DNA from: Camelus dromedarius
Taxonomy: Eukaryota
Assembly: GCF_036321535.1 (NCBI RefSeq)
Contig: NC_087436.1
Span: forward strand, 25,174,001-25,238,000
Direction of reading: 5' to 3'
DNA: 64,000 nt
Positions 13,378 through 25,600 of this stretch are shown piece by piece (positions within the stretch are counted from its first letter, which is position 1; the number at the start of each line of letters is the position of its first letter). The position numbers and the translations under genes were made by a program. A model generated the notes under the pieces. That model was not told where the DNA came from. It did not search any database and was given only the letters and a program-made list of their open reading frames with translations.

Positions 13378-14007
13378 TTTACCAAACCAGCCTTGGATCT
13401 GCTCACCTTATAGGACTCAGCAAAGCCAATCTACTGACACTGGGTTGTGGTAAAGGAAAGTACAGTGTTTATTACAGGACCAAACGAGGAGAATGGGCAG
13501 CTCGTGCTCAAAATACCTAAACTCCCTGATGGCTTTCAGGGAAGGGTTTTAAAAGACAGTGTGAGAGAGAGGGTCTTGGGATGTGTGATGAGCTCATGCA
13601 CAATTCTCTGACTGGTTGATAATGGAGTAACTGGTAAGGTCACAGGGGTCAGCATTTTCAATCCTCAGGTTTCAAGCTGGTTTAGGGGTTACATGATTGT
13701 GGTCATTGTGCAGTTAGCTTCTATCACTTGGTAGGGGTTTTAGTATCTGTAAAATGACTCAAGGATATGAGTCAGGATAAAATCTTCAGCCCCTGAGGAG
13801 GAACTGAAGGATCTTGATTTTGTTTTATGGCTAAACTATTCTAATATATTTTGTCTTGCTTAACTGCTTTCCTTTGTTTCTTCATTCTCTCACGTCTCAG
13901 ATTAAACTTGCTCTTTAAAACTCAGGGAAGGCCTAGGAGACTAAAGCTTTTCTATAAACAAGAGGCAGGGGATAAAGGGGTCTGCCCCTGGAAAGGCCTC
14001 AGTTTCA
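13378..14007 (-). mobile_element. Solo ERV LTR, antisense, related to the 10.8 kb LTR
   Basis: The minus strand begins TGAAACTGAGG...CAGACCCCT and has AATAAA near 13468-13473. It shares a 32/36-nt reverse-complement match with 11046-11081. Confidence 0.75.
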
Positions 14008-15163
14008 ATCTCAAAGCTTTAATGTGACCAGATTTCCTTATGTATCTCACATAATAGAAAAATGACCTAAGAGAGTTTTACCACATTTGAAGTAAATTTT
14101 CATATTTAGGAGAGCATTCTTAGCAGGAATATTTATTACTATAAAATGATGATTTTCTTTGTAATTTATCACTTGTTTTTCTTATTAATATGAAACTTTA
14201 GGAAGAGAAAATTTGACTAATACACATTGTGCATTTATTATTAATATAACCCAATCCAGAAAATGGCTGTATGTTATATATTCTCTTATGAGGATTTGAT
14301 AAACTTCCCTTTGAATATAATGACTTTGATCTTCTTGAGACCAATGTTATGCAGCCAAAATATTGCCAAAGCTTAGAAATGCCTTTCTTTTGTAACACTC
14401 TCAAAATGGCCCATTTCAGGATCTGTGCTAGGAATCTGGTCTTTACAAAATTTGGTATCTTTTATAGATTTTTTCAGTGCCACACTCTTAGGAATAGTTA
14501 TTTAAGGCCAAGGAGACCACAGATCATGATAATGTAATATTCAACAGAAGTTTTTTATCTGGGTTTTAGTACTTATATTTTCCTTTTATGAGGACCCAGA
14601 GATGTTTTAGTAAAATGAGTATGTCTGAATTGATGGTATCATTTTAAAAAATGAACTGTATTTGGGAATTGGATGCTTCAAGGGGAAAATCATTTAGTAT
14701 ATAACTCAGCATTCTCCATTTTTGGTTTTAGAACTCTTACCTTTTTTTGATACATATGTTGTCTTCTGGACAATGCAGGCAAAACCAGATTTGAGTGAAG
14801 AGAGAGGATCTCATTTATCATCCACCTCCTTTTCCTCTGTTATTTACATATGTGAAGACCAGTTTTGAAACTTATTTCTCATTTGGATAATCTCATTTGC
14901 TATTTTCTTTGGGAAATGGAGACATTTTATGCTTAACTTTAAATATTGGTTAACTAAAGTAAATCTGAATTTCTGTTTTTTTAATTATCCAAAATATATA
15001 CAAGAAAAGTCCCATTATGATTTATAAAGTGGAGAAAAATGTGATGCCTTAAAGTGTTCAATCCACGTGTTGATGCAAAATTTGTTAAAACCTATTTATT
15101 TTAGTGTTCAGGAGAGTTTCTTTTCAGTGTTTCTAGAAGGAAATCATGCCATTCTCTAGGAAA

Positions 15164-15396
15164 CAGTCAGTGGACTTCCTCTGTAAATGGCCAGAGAGTA
15201 AATGTTTTCAACTTCGTGTGCCATGTGGTCTCTCCCAAATCATACAGTTCTGCTGTTGGAGAGGGAAATTAGCCATAGACTGATAGTGTCAGTCAGAAGT
15301 AAGTAAGTGGGCCTGGCTGTGCTCCAACAGACCTTTGATTACAGAAGAAGCTTGGGGGTGGGAGCAGATTTGTTCCACAGGGCTTTCCAGCCCCTC
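15164..15396. mobile_element. MER58A-like DNA transposon remnant
   Basis: 'ctgtaaatggccagagagtaaatgttttca...gccatagac...gggcctggctgtgctccaa...gcagatttg'. Confidence 0.65.
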
Positions 15397-15918
15397 TTGG
15401 TATCTAATGAACTGTAGGGGAAAAGCAGAAAGTAGAATGTGAAATGATGTAGGAAGGTGGTTCTGGGGTTTCATGCCACCTCCTCATTGAGAAGTGACCC
15501 TTCAATATTTCTTCCCAAGCACTGTATTATCTTCATTTTTAAGAATTCTATCACACTCCTAAAAACTAGATTTTACAGAAGAGCCTTTAGCCTTCTTTTG
15601 TGGACAAAAACTCTGTGAAGAGCAGAGGCACGCTTAAACAAGGGATTGTGTTTGAAATGCCATTTTCCTCTTTGCCATCATTTTATTAAAAGAAAAGTGA
15701 AGTTGTGTTAGTGGTAATCAGTATACTTTGGGGACTCCTTCTCTAGTGTGGGTGCAGCATTGATAAAGTTAGAAATGAGCAGAGAGTAAGAAATCTGGAC
15801 CTAAACTCTATGTAGTTCATCCCCAGCCCCTCTGTCTTCCCCTCTTCGTGTTTAAGGTTGAAGAAGGAATAACAACCAATTCTTTGAAAAGTCCTAAATC
15901 TTTCTATTCTCACTGCAG

Positions 15919-16018
15919 GACAAACACAACACTTTAAAGATGCCTTTTCAGGAAGAGATGCAAGTATTATGGGATTGCCACTGGCTTTTTATTATGGAAT
16001 GTATGCATATGCTGGCTG
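15919..16018 (+). CDS. SLC7A11: xCT coding exon 5 (100 nt): (G)[32 protein letters not shown](W)
   Basis: Acceptor cactgcag|G and donor TG|gtaagt. Carries the LAT-family TM6 motif GMYAYAGW. Not shown in the ORF track. Confidence 0.97.
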
Positions 16019-19000
16019 GTAAGTTTTTATCTCTGTCAACTGGTGGTTTGGATACTTAATTCTTTCAAGTACTGTGATCAAGTGCCAAGCAAGGTGCTGG
16101 GCAACTGTGAACAGCCATCATCCAGTGCGATGTGCTTTACGTGAAGTGAGAAAGATGGCACGGCTCCCTTCACCAGGCTGATTACTGCGTACACGACTTC
16201 ACACCAACATCATTCAGGTTTCCAGTCAAGGTGACTGCTGGATTTAGCCTGATAATATGAAAAACAAACAAATGCTGGGTCTCACGAGCCAGTACAAATC
16301 ACTTATAAGTATGTATAAGTAAGGGCATAATAGTGCCACAAGAAATTAAAGATTAGTCTTTGCTTGTCAAAAAGCTTTCCAACTGAAGCTCCAAGGGTGT
16401 ATACAAATAGTGATTAATTGATTTTTTCCACCTTCCCATGAGAAAGAAACAGTTCAGATATAGAAATAAGTAAGATGTTTCCAGGAGGTAAAATGGTACT
16501 CTAAAGGCAGGAAGGAGAAACCAGGATAATGAAATCAGGTGTGCTAGATTCTCTGTTAATGATTTAAAGGACCTTACAAATTCCTTAAAATTTCCTCAGC
16601 ATTTGAAAACAAAATGCGCAGCAAAGATGAATAAAATCACTGGGCTTCAGGTACGTTTCCTTGAATGCAGGTTCAACTGTGATACCTTTCTGGTTGAAGC
16701 ATTAAAACTTTGTATTTTTGTCTTGCTTTGTTCAGGAACTTGAATAACAATAATCATGTCTGTGAGTGGGATTTCTTCCTAATTAAATTTTATTGATCTA
16801 GTAAGATTTAGTTGAGGTGACTGTTGGGAGAAAGCCCACTAGGAAGAATAGTGTTATTTAAACATCAAAATAATTGTAAGAAAATTAAATTTCACTGTTT
16901 TGGAGTAATTAGTAGCAATATTTCTTTTTTAGTATTTATAGAGCTAGTAGTTGTACAGTGTTAGCTGTGAGAATGTTCTATGAACCTAAAGATAATAACA
17001 AACCACACTAGCTCAAAAATCATATAAGTGCATTTCAAACACAAGTACAATTTCCTTTTGTTCTTTAATTTTTAGGATCTTACCTTCCAGCAAATGCATG
17101 GAATATAAAAATACATTTCAAAATAAATGGAGGTTTTACCCTATTAATCTCATTGAATTATGGAAATTTAGCACTACAGGAGGATCAGGAGAGGACAGGA
17201 ACTAAAAATTTTAACATGGCTTTTGAAGCAAAGTGTCTGAAGTTCTTAGAAGATTGTTGCTCTCAGAAGTCTAGTGTGAAATATTTGTGCATTCTCGGAA
17301 TATTTTGATAGCCATTGTCTGTGAGCATTAGTCTCATATCACTCAGTATTTCTGAAGTCTTTATATTTTTGTCCAAAGCACAATGTAGTGCTGAGCGGAA
17401 AAAAGAACAGAGTTGTGATCACAGGGTTAGCAGCAGAGTCATCTATTCTGTGGCTTTTCAGCCTGGATCAGAGCCCTGGCACCCTGGGGCAACAGCCAAG
17501 CACTGGGAGGGTCACCAGGAGATGCCAGGGTGAAGCAGGGAGGTGGCAAAAAGCTTTCAGGCAGAGCCAAGTGTTGGGAGCTCGGCAGTGTTCAATCAGG
17601 AATGTGGAATGTGGAGATAGTCACAAGGGAGATTTGATTAATTCTATTGAATGAAGTTTCTTTTGCCTGTGAGTACCCATGCATCTGTTCCCACAGAATC
17701 TTAAAATACTCTTCTCCCCAACTCCCTCGCCTACTACAAGTGCTGAATATTCAGGTCACCTGCTTTATGTAGAGCAAATCTTCTCCACTTCTGTAGGCTT
17801 TCGAGGGCTGGTAGATTTCTCCCAGTATAAAGACTCTTTTCATTTTGAATTATCTTCTTATCTTAATATTTAGTTTTATTGATGCTGAACCCAAAATGTT
17901 ACTGTTGTTAAAATGATTTAAAATGACAATTTAGGTGATACAAACAAAAGTCCAAAGAACAGCAAAATAGAGTGGAGGACAGGAAGCTTTTATAGCATGA
18001 GGACTAAGGAACAAAGAAGAGAAAAACAGAAAATGAATATGAAACAAGGAAGTAAGTATAGAGCCCAGTGTTGGCTTGGTGTTTGGAGTCTGGCTCCATC
18101 TTGAGCCTAGAAATTTATTCTTCAACCCTCTATTTACAGGGTAAATAAGGTTTACATGAACCTTTATTTATACTTTTACCCGTAGAATCCTCATGTCCAC
18201 TCCCTATTTTAAAGAATGGGAAATTGTTGATTTTCTTACATTCTGGAGGGTTCAATGGGAAATTAAGTCTAGGATTTTAAACAGAATGTTGTCTGATACA
18301 AGTGATTTCTGTAGGGGACAGATAGGTAACTGTACTTCTCTAACAGGCTGTTTGGCTACCTAAATGCTGCTCTGCGGACGGGTAGAAATAATCTGATTGT
18401 TAATCTATGGCCATCGGTCTTAGAAAAAGGGAGCTGTGTTTAGAAGAAATTGTCTTTTGGTTTGGAGTTGCAGAGGAAAAGTTACTATCTGGATATAAAT
18501 GGAACATGATGGGAGCTAAAACAGTTTCCAAAGTGGGGGGCATTTAGGCACTTTCCAAATGTGATCCTGCCTTTCTGACCTCTCTTTGCCTTTCATGATA
18601 GAATTAAAAGACTGAGTTGTGGAATTATAAACGGGGCACTGTAAGTGAGCCTCCACTCCCTGTGCTGCCTCCCTGACAATGTTTGATGCGGGAGGGCGGG
18701 GGTAGTATAGGGGCATTGCAAATAAGAAGGCAGAAACAGCTATTGTCTTTAGAACTTAACCACCTAGAGGGTAAGTAAAAGAAGCAAGACCTTTTTGTTT
18801 TCTTTGAGGGCCTTGTTCTGTTAATGAGTCAACCTCTACGTGTTGAATGGGAAAAAGACACTGCCAGACCTTGGATCTGAATAGAGCAGGCTTTTGGCCA
18901 TGAGGCATGCTGGACCTTTTCCGAATGATGAAAACTCCTTCACAGAAACATGATTGGGGGAAAGAAATCATTAACCCAGCCAGGTCACAGAGCTGGGTCA

Positions 19001-19675
19001 GAACAGCTTTAATTTTATTGCCAATGTCCACATTCAGAGAAATATGTCTGCCAGTCTCCCTGGGGACCTGGGGAACTCAACCAATTTCAGTCCCATATCC
19101 TGATCCAAAGCTAAATATTGCTTGGTGGGATTTTTTTTTTTTAAACTGTGTGATAGAAAATAGTTTTTTTTGGTGTCTTTTTTTCTTCCTTTTAAATCCT
19201 ATCCTCAGTGGGTTTAGTCTTTCTAAAACACCTGCTGGGATTATTTTGTAGCATTGTGTCAAATCTAATCTAAAGAATAAGCTTCTTTTTAAAATAATTC
19301 ACCTCGTTGGGTATTGGAATGCATTGCCAGCTTTGTAGTGCTTTTTCTACACAACCATGGAAAAGCTGGAACAATAGATCTTGTGAACATTCTCTAGAGA
19401 ACTTGAGGAGATGTAAAGCAAGGAGGATGCTCTGGACGCGTTGCTGGAGACCAGGAGAGCATAACGGTGTATTTCCCACAGGATGCGAATGATTGGACCA
19501 AAATAAGCAGCTTTCTCCTTCCCACTCCCCCGCCCTTGCCTTTTCTCTGTGGCAAATGTTTGAAATTGGGTTCTTTTTTCATAAATATTTCCTTTCCTGC
19601 CTTAACATTGTTGGAAAAGACCAGTTTAGGAGGAACTGACTATTTTTGAAGCAAGAAGCCCGGAAATATTTCTAA

Positions 19676-19750
19676 GTGTGTGTGTGGGGGGGGGGGGGGG
19701 GTGGTGAGGTATTTTTGTGTTTCTTTGTTTGTTTGTTTTGTTTTGTTTTT
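19676..19750. repeat. Compound simple repeat: (GT)n, G-run of about 16, (TTTG)n
   Basis: Direct reading of the sequence. Confidence 0.9.
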
Positions 19751-20017
19751 TCCGTTTTCCTCCTGTACTTCCCATTGCCTTGGGCTTAGAACAAACACAT
19801 CAAATCCCTCCGAGCGCGTATTCCAGATATAAGTATTGATTGTTGCTTGCCTTGCTGATATAACTACAACCTCTATTTTTAGCAACTTACTTTCTAGTCA
19901 TTAAAAAAATACCCTTGGCTGCTCACTTTTTGGTCACCTTTATTGCTACTGTTCTCTCAGATATTCAAATGTTTCTACTTAGAACAGAGTCCTTAAAATA
20001 TTAGACACCTTAGCTTT

Positions 20018-20401
20018 CTTAAAAGATAAACTGAGGGATATTAAAATTTTTAAGAGTTTGAGCAAAAATTGATTTGGTCTGGCAGCATCCCATCTAGCAG
20101 GTAGAAAGGAGCTCTGGGAAGCTGTACAAAATTAGAAGACTTTTATAGGCAGAAGTGGTCAGGAAACAAGAAAATCATAAGCACAAAAAAAAAAAAAAAC
20201 AAAAAACCCCACCAGATTGGTTATTGCAAAGTCATTGTCATTTAGAGGATGGCAGAATCTGTCAGGCAGATTATCTAAATGGTGCAATTCCTAATTGACT
20301 GGCTCAAGATTCCATTTCTGGGAGGTCTGAAACTTTACATGAGTGAAGTTTTGGTTTGTGATGTGAGACTTAACATAAGTGACTCCATCTTTTTTTTTAC
20401 A
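20018..20401 (-). mobile_element. Degenerate ERV-type solo LTR
   Basis: 'aaagataaactgagg..attaaaattt..gagcaaaaat' at one end and 'cataagtgactccat...tttaca' at the other. TATAAAA (cttttata) and CCAAT (gattgg) lie on the minus strand. Confidence 0.6.
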
Positions 20402-21805
20402 ACCATGAGCATCAACTGCCTACTTGTGAATTTAGATGGAGTTTTTATAAAGATAGAATAAGACAGGTTTTCTCATCTTCAAGTTATGAAATACTTTAAG
20501 TATAAAGGATGATGGGCTAATATTCCAGCCATTTGGTTTTTGAGAATTTGTACCTATAGACCCGTATGTCTGTGTACTTATATGATGGCTAATTTACCTT
20601 CTAAGGAATAGTAAGAACACAGAAGAGTATATTGAAAATATGACTTCATTACTTTGTGAAATATTCTTAAGCCAATGCAGTGAAGAGGTAGAAAGGTCTT
20701 TGTCTTCATGACTGTCTCTCTCTGGGGCGATCCTTTAGTTTTCTCATCTTCATGATCCAGTTATCTCTATATGCTTATTTGAGGAGTCTGCCTCAATCTT
20801 ACATCTTGGAACCTTGAAAAAGAACTTCAAGGATTTTAAAAGGTCTCCAGCAATCCCTTTAGATTGGAAAAAGAAGTCAAGGATGCAAGGCAGTAGACAT
20901 CCCTGGGTGGGACGAGTAGACTCACCAAGTGAAGGAAAGGAATCTGAATCTCTCTAGGGCCGTAACGTAATGTGAGGTAGTATTTGAGCTCCTGCAGAGC
21001 TTGATTGTGTGCCTAGGATGCTTCTGGTCTTGTGCGAGACCCACAGAAGTGTTCAGGGCTCAGGGGAAGTATTCAAAATGTTCTGCTGCTTAGTTATCGA
21101 CTTACAGTATAATGACAAACAATGTGTCTAAAATTAGCTGCCTAAATATACAAAAAAGAAAAATAGCAAGTTCATAGTTGCTGTTTTGCATAAGGCACAG
21201 TTGCCTTATGACTTGAGGTTATTTGGGCGGGATGCATCCTGGAAAATAGTGACTTGCAAAGAAGAAGTGCAAATTGAGAATTGATTATCTTTCATCCCAT
21301 TTTCATTGTCTACTCACCCTCTGTGTTTAAATCCAGGGCAAATGCTATTGTCATACTTCTCTTGCCCTACAAGTTTTGATTGACATGTTACTGCTACCAA
21401 AATCTGGATTCCCAGAAGCCAGAGGCCATCTTGTACTTACATTGTGTTCTCACTTCCCCCAGTGTTCTGTGCTGCAGAATACTCAGCTCCTGCTCACAGC
21501 CCCGTGCTTGTGTGCTACACTCCATCTGGAGTGTCCTCACGCCACTTCACCAGGGCTAAATGTTAAGCATTTTTGAAGACTCGACTTGGGTGATGCTTCC
21601 TTTTGAAAACCTTCCCTGACTGTCAGTCTGGGTCTGACTTCACCTCTGGCTCCCGTGGTACCCTGGGCATGCTCTAGCACAGCCTCCTGTGCCTGCGTGT
21701 CACATGATTCTATGGACCATTTCATGGACTATGAGCTCCTTGAGATGAGAGATTATAGATTTTCTCCTTTTATTTCCCAAGTGACCAACACATGGCAATC
21801 TCATA

Positions 21806-22425
21806 TATTGCTGATAAGAATGCAAAAATGGTAGAAAATAGTGTGATAGTAAATACACATCCACTCTGTGACCCAGTGATCATATTCTGATTATATGCCC
21901 AAGAGAAATGATTGCATGGTCCCCAAAAGGACGTGCACAAGCATACTTATGATTTCTGTATTCATATTAGCTATAAATTGGAAGTAATTAAAATGTCCAT
22001 CAATGAGAGAATATACAGTGTTACATTCATATAATGAAAAGCAACAATAAAAAGAAATGAATTACTGCTACATACAACAACATGGATGAGACCCACAAAC
22101 ATGAAGTCCAGCAAAAAAGCCAGACACATAAGAATAAGTATTGTATAATAGTTGTACAAGCAAATATTAGTCTATTGTGATGAAATAAGCAAAACTAACC
22201 TATAGTGGTAAAAGTCAGAATAGTGGTTGCATTTATGTGAGGGTGGAGGAGATGATAGTGATTGGAAGGGCCTTGAGGGAACCTTCTAGGGTGTTCGGAA
22301 TGTTTTGTCTCTTGATATTTTTGTTGGTTACTTAGATGTATAAATATGTAAAAATTCATCAGGTTATACATTAAGATTTGTTCACTTCACTGTTCATATG
22401 TTAAACCTCTATAAAAATGTTAAGA
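21806..22425 (+). mobile_element. Ancient L1M (MC/MD-like) 3' end
   Basis: 'aaatgtccatcaa...aataaaaagaaatgaattactg..caacatggatga...aagtcagaatagtggtt...aaaattcatca'. Confidence 0.8.
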
Positions 22426-22620
22426 AATAACAACTCCACAAATACTGTTTAATAGAAAACTGACTTGTGGGAGCTTTTGATGTTGGAGATTTTCATCTTA
22501 GGTTAGTTGTTTATAAAGTTTTTATAATTCTGAATTTGATTTTAAATACTTAAAATTTGAAATTTTGGATTATGATTATAAAATACATTGATCATTTGTA
22601 ATACATTTATATCTTTTCAG

Positions 22621-22665
22621 GTTTTATCTCAACTTTGTTACTGAAGAAGTGGAAAATCCTGAAAA
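22621..22665 (+). CDS. SLC7A11: xCT coding exon 6 (45 nt): (W)FYLNFVTEEVENPE(K)
   Basis: Acceptor atcttttcag|G and donor AA|gtaagt. LAT-family LNFVTEE..NP motif, including the F254 equivalent. Confidence 0.96.
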
Positions 22666-25600
22666 GTAAGTAGCCGTATTTACTCTGCAATATTTATGAG
22701 GAGTGAAAGGTAAGGTTATATATTTGAAGAAGTAGACAACGAAGGAGTACAGTGTGGGCCAATTCACTTTCCCATCGTTGTCATCATCTTCTCTTGGGCA
22801 AGTAAAACTTACTTAATTTTTTCATAAACTAGATGTAAATAACTGTATTATATATTCTACTTTCAATACTAAATTATCTGGTAACCTGAAAGCACAAAAG
22901 GATAGAGTTGCATTTTAGGTGACCTACTTCATAAAAACATACATACAATTTAACATGGACTCTCAGCTGCCCACAGATGTTCCATAAGATGTGAACTCCA
23001 AAAGTTGACTATTTCTAGTAACTCATAGGAGTTTTTTGTAACTATACAATTAGTTACAACTATACAATTGTGGACAATTAATGGACAAGCCTTCAAATAA
23101 CTGCAGATACTCTAGGGACTTGTAAACTTTGGGAGCTGGATGATTGCTTGTAAAAGCTTTTTGTGGTTGGTGATCCTTTTGGTGATTAGATGAGTTGATG
23201 ATGACTTCATGTTTAAAAATGAATTATTTTTTAACCTAGAACTTTGAAAAATGAAGTATTTTTATTGTTTGTGTAAAAACCTGATTTTTTAAGGAAAAGC
23301 ATGTAATCTGTGGCCAGAAGAGGGAAATTTTTAAGTAGTACAGAATAAGATATAGACAGATTCTTGAAGTTGTTTAGTTCATCTGAATTTTATTAAACAT
23401 CTACCAAGTTCTAACTATTGTGCATCATTTTACATGAGGAGTAAGGCTTGTATTCAAGAATTGTCTAGTCACTGAGTCAAATGTGCAAATAATCGTAACA
23501 TAGTGTGATTGATACCATATTAGGTTACTTTCCTAGTTTGACAGAGACTAAAGGAGGAAATATTTAACTCTCTCCAGGGAGACGTTGCTTACATAGAGTC
23601 TCAGATGATGAGTAGGTGTTCCTTAGATAAATATAGGAGAGAGAAAGGGAGAGAAAAGGGGACAGACCTCCAAGAAAGGGAAACAAGTATGGAGGTGAGT
23701 CAGTAAGAAGTAGACTGGACATCAGAGAACATGCCTTAATTCAAACTAAGGTGGACTAAAATTCTGGCACCAAGTATGTTGGAAGGTAGTAAGCTGATTA
23801 GATCTGGCCAAGTACCAGGGTTGTGAGAATTTTGAGCACACAAACCAGAAGTTTAGGTTAAAATGATGTTTCATACTATCCGATTTAACTTTTATACAAA
23901 CACTCTGCAATTTAAACATGAGAAAAGTTTGTTTTATTGAGAAATATGATAAATTTATAACAATGTTTCATATTTACAACTGGAATTGTGGTAGAGAACA
24001 TACATTTACCAGGAACTAGTTGTTTCTGGCATTACTTTGAAATGGTAAACTACATTATGATTACAGAGATAAATAGGTTGCCTTGTCTTTTATTTTTGAG
24101 AATAATTAGTGTGTAGGTGGCAATGCAGAGGAAAGACTCCTCTTTTCTTTAAAGTATTGAATTTCCATTGTGGAAAAGAGATTACTATGGTTTATGACTG
24201 TTCCTTTTAAGCCTAAAAACATTTTAAAGAGACCAATTACTAAAATCCAGTATCAGAGAGTGTTTCTTATGAAAAGAATGGCAGACTGTAGGTTTGTGGG
24301 ATGTGACCTATAATATGACGTCTATGATACATCAGTGGCATAGAAATAGTTCACATTCTCTTTTAATGTTATTTAACAGTTTGTGCATAGATTTTGTTTG
24401 TAATACATACTGTAATATTCCTGTGTATATTAAGCATATTTAAAACTATTTATGCTATTATTAATTTGATCTGAGTTCTGATGCATTCTGCCTGAGTCAT
24501 ATGGCAGTCAACGATTCTCTCCTTCCTTCTTTCTCTTTCTTAATTTAGGAGCCTTAATTTCACACATTGATAATGTCCATGATCAATTTATATACAAATA
24601 CTAAAGAATCGTGATGTATTGCTTCAGTGTTTTTGTTGTGGCTATGGTTGTGGTTTTGTTTCTAATTGCAAAGAAATTTCCTTATCTCAAAAAAGTAAGA
24701 ATAATAATAGTACCTACCTCCCTGAGTTGTGGAAATCAGTTAATATGTGTGAAATGCATAGATTAGTGACTTGTTTTTTAATCTCTACATAATTGGTTGT
24801 TGCTATGATTATGGTATCTTTATTTTGGGAACAAAGTAAACTGTAACATAAGAGTATTTCCTAGGTTTCAATATCCTAAGCAATTCTCTTTCTTCAGTGT
24901 TTTTGAAAGAAACATGACAAAATTATTTCACACCATATTGAAGCCTGTTCTATAAGATTAAGGCTAAGATTGTTATCACTGCTTACATTGGATGAGGTAT
25001 TTTCATTTTCTGGAAACCATGATTCTGCAGATTTCATTATATATTCCTGGAATACTTTTAATTTAAAATTATATTTTGAGCTCTCAAACTAAGGAACTTC
25101 TCAGGAGAGATTACAAATTTCTGGATTTTTAGGTCAGGAAAATAAGTAACTCTTAAGACAACCTGAAGAAAGAAACCTCTGATCCCTTTTTATTCTTTTA
25201 TATTAGGTACTCAGATAATCAACTTTTGCACGGAGGATTCTGTATAAAACTCAGACAACACATTTGTTTTCTCAGAATATGAGAAATCTACAAAATCCCC
25301 TTAATGGAAAGTAAAGGTTAAGTTTGTACTATATATTAATCAACCAAGGAAATTCAGGGTTTTGAGCAATTTATTCAATGTCTTCAATTTTTAAAATAAC
25401 ATTTCCTTGAAATGTTGACAATTTGTCCAGTTCTTTTCAAACAAAATCTTATTTTTTTAAACACAGAGAATGCTTTGGGAACAATTGATGGTTGAATATG
25501 GATGACAGATGGTAAAATTATGTGGACCTAGTCCAGATGTGTAATTTGTATTATTTTGTGGGGAGACACAGCTCCAAAATACCTTTAGTTACCAGGGAGA

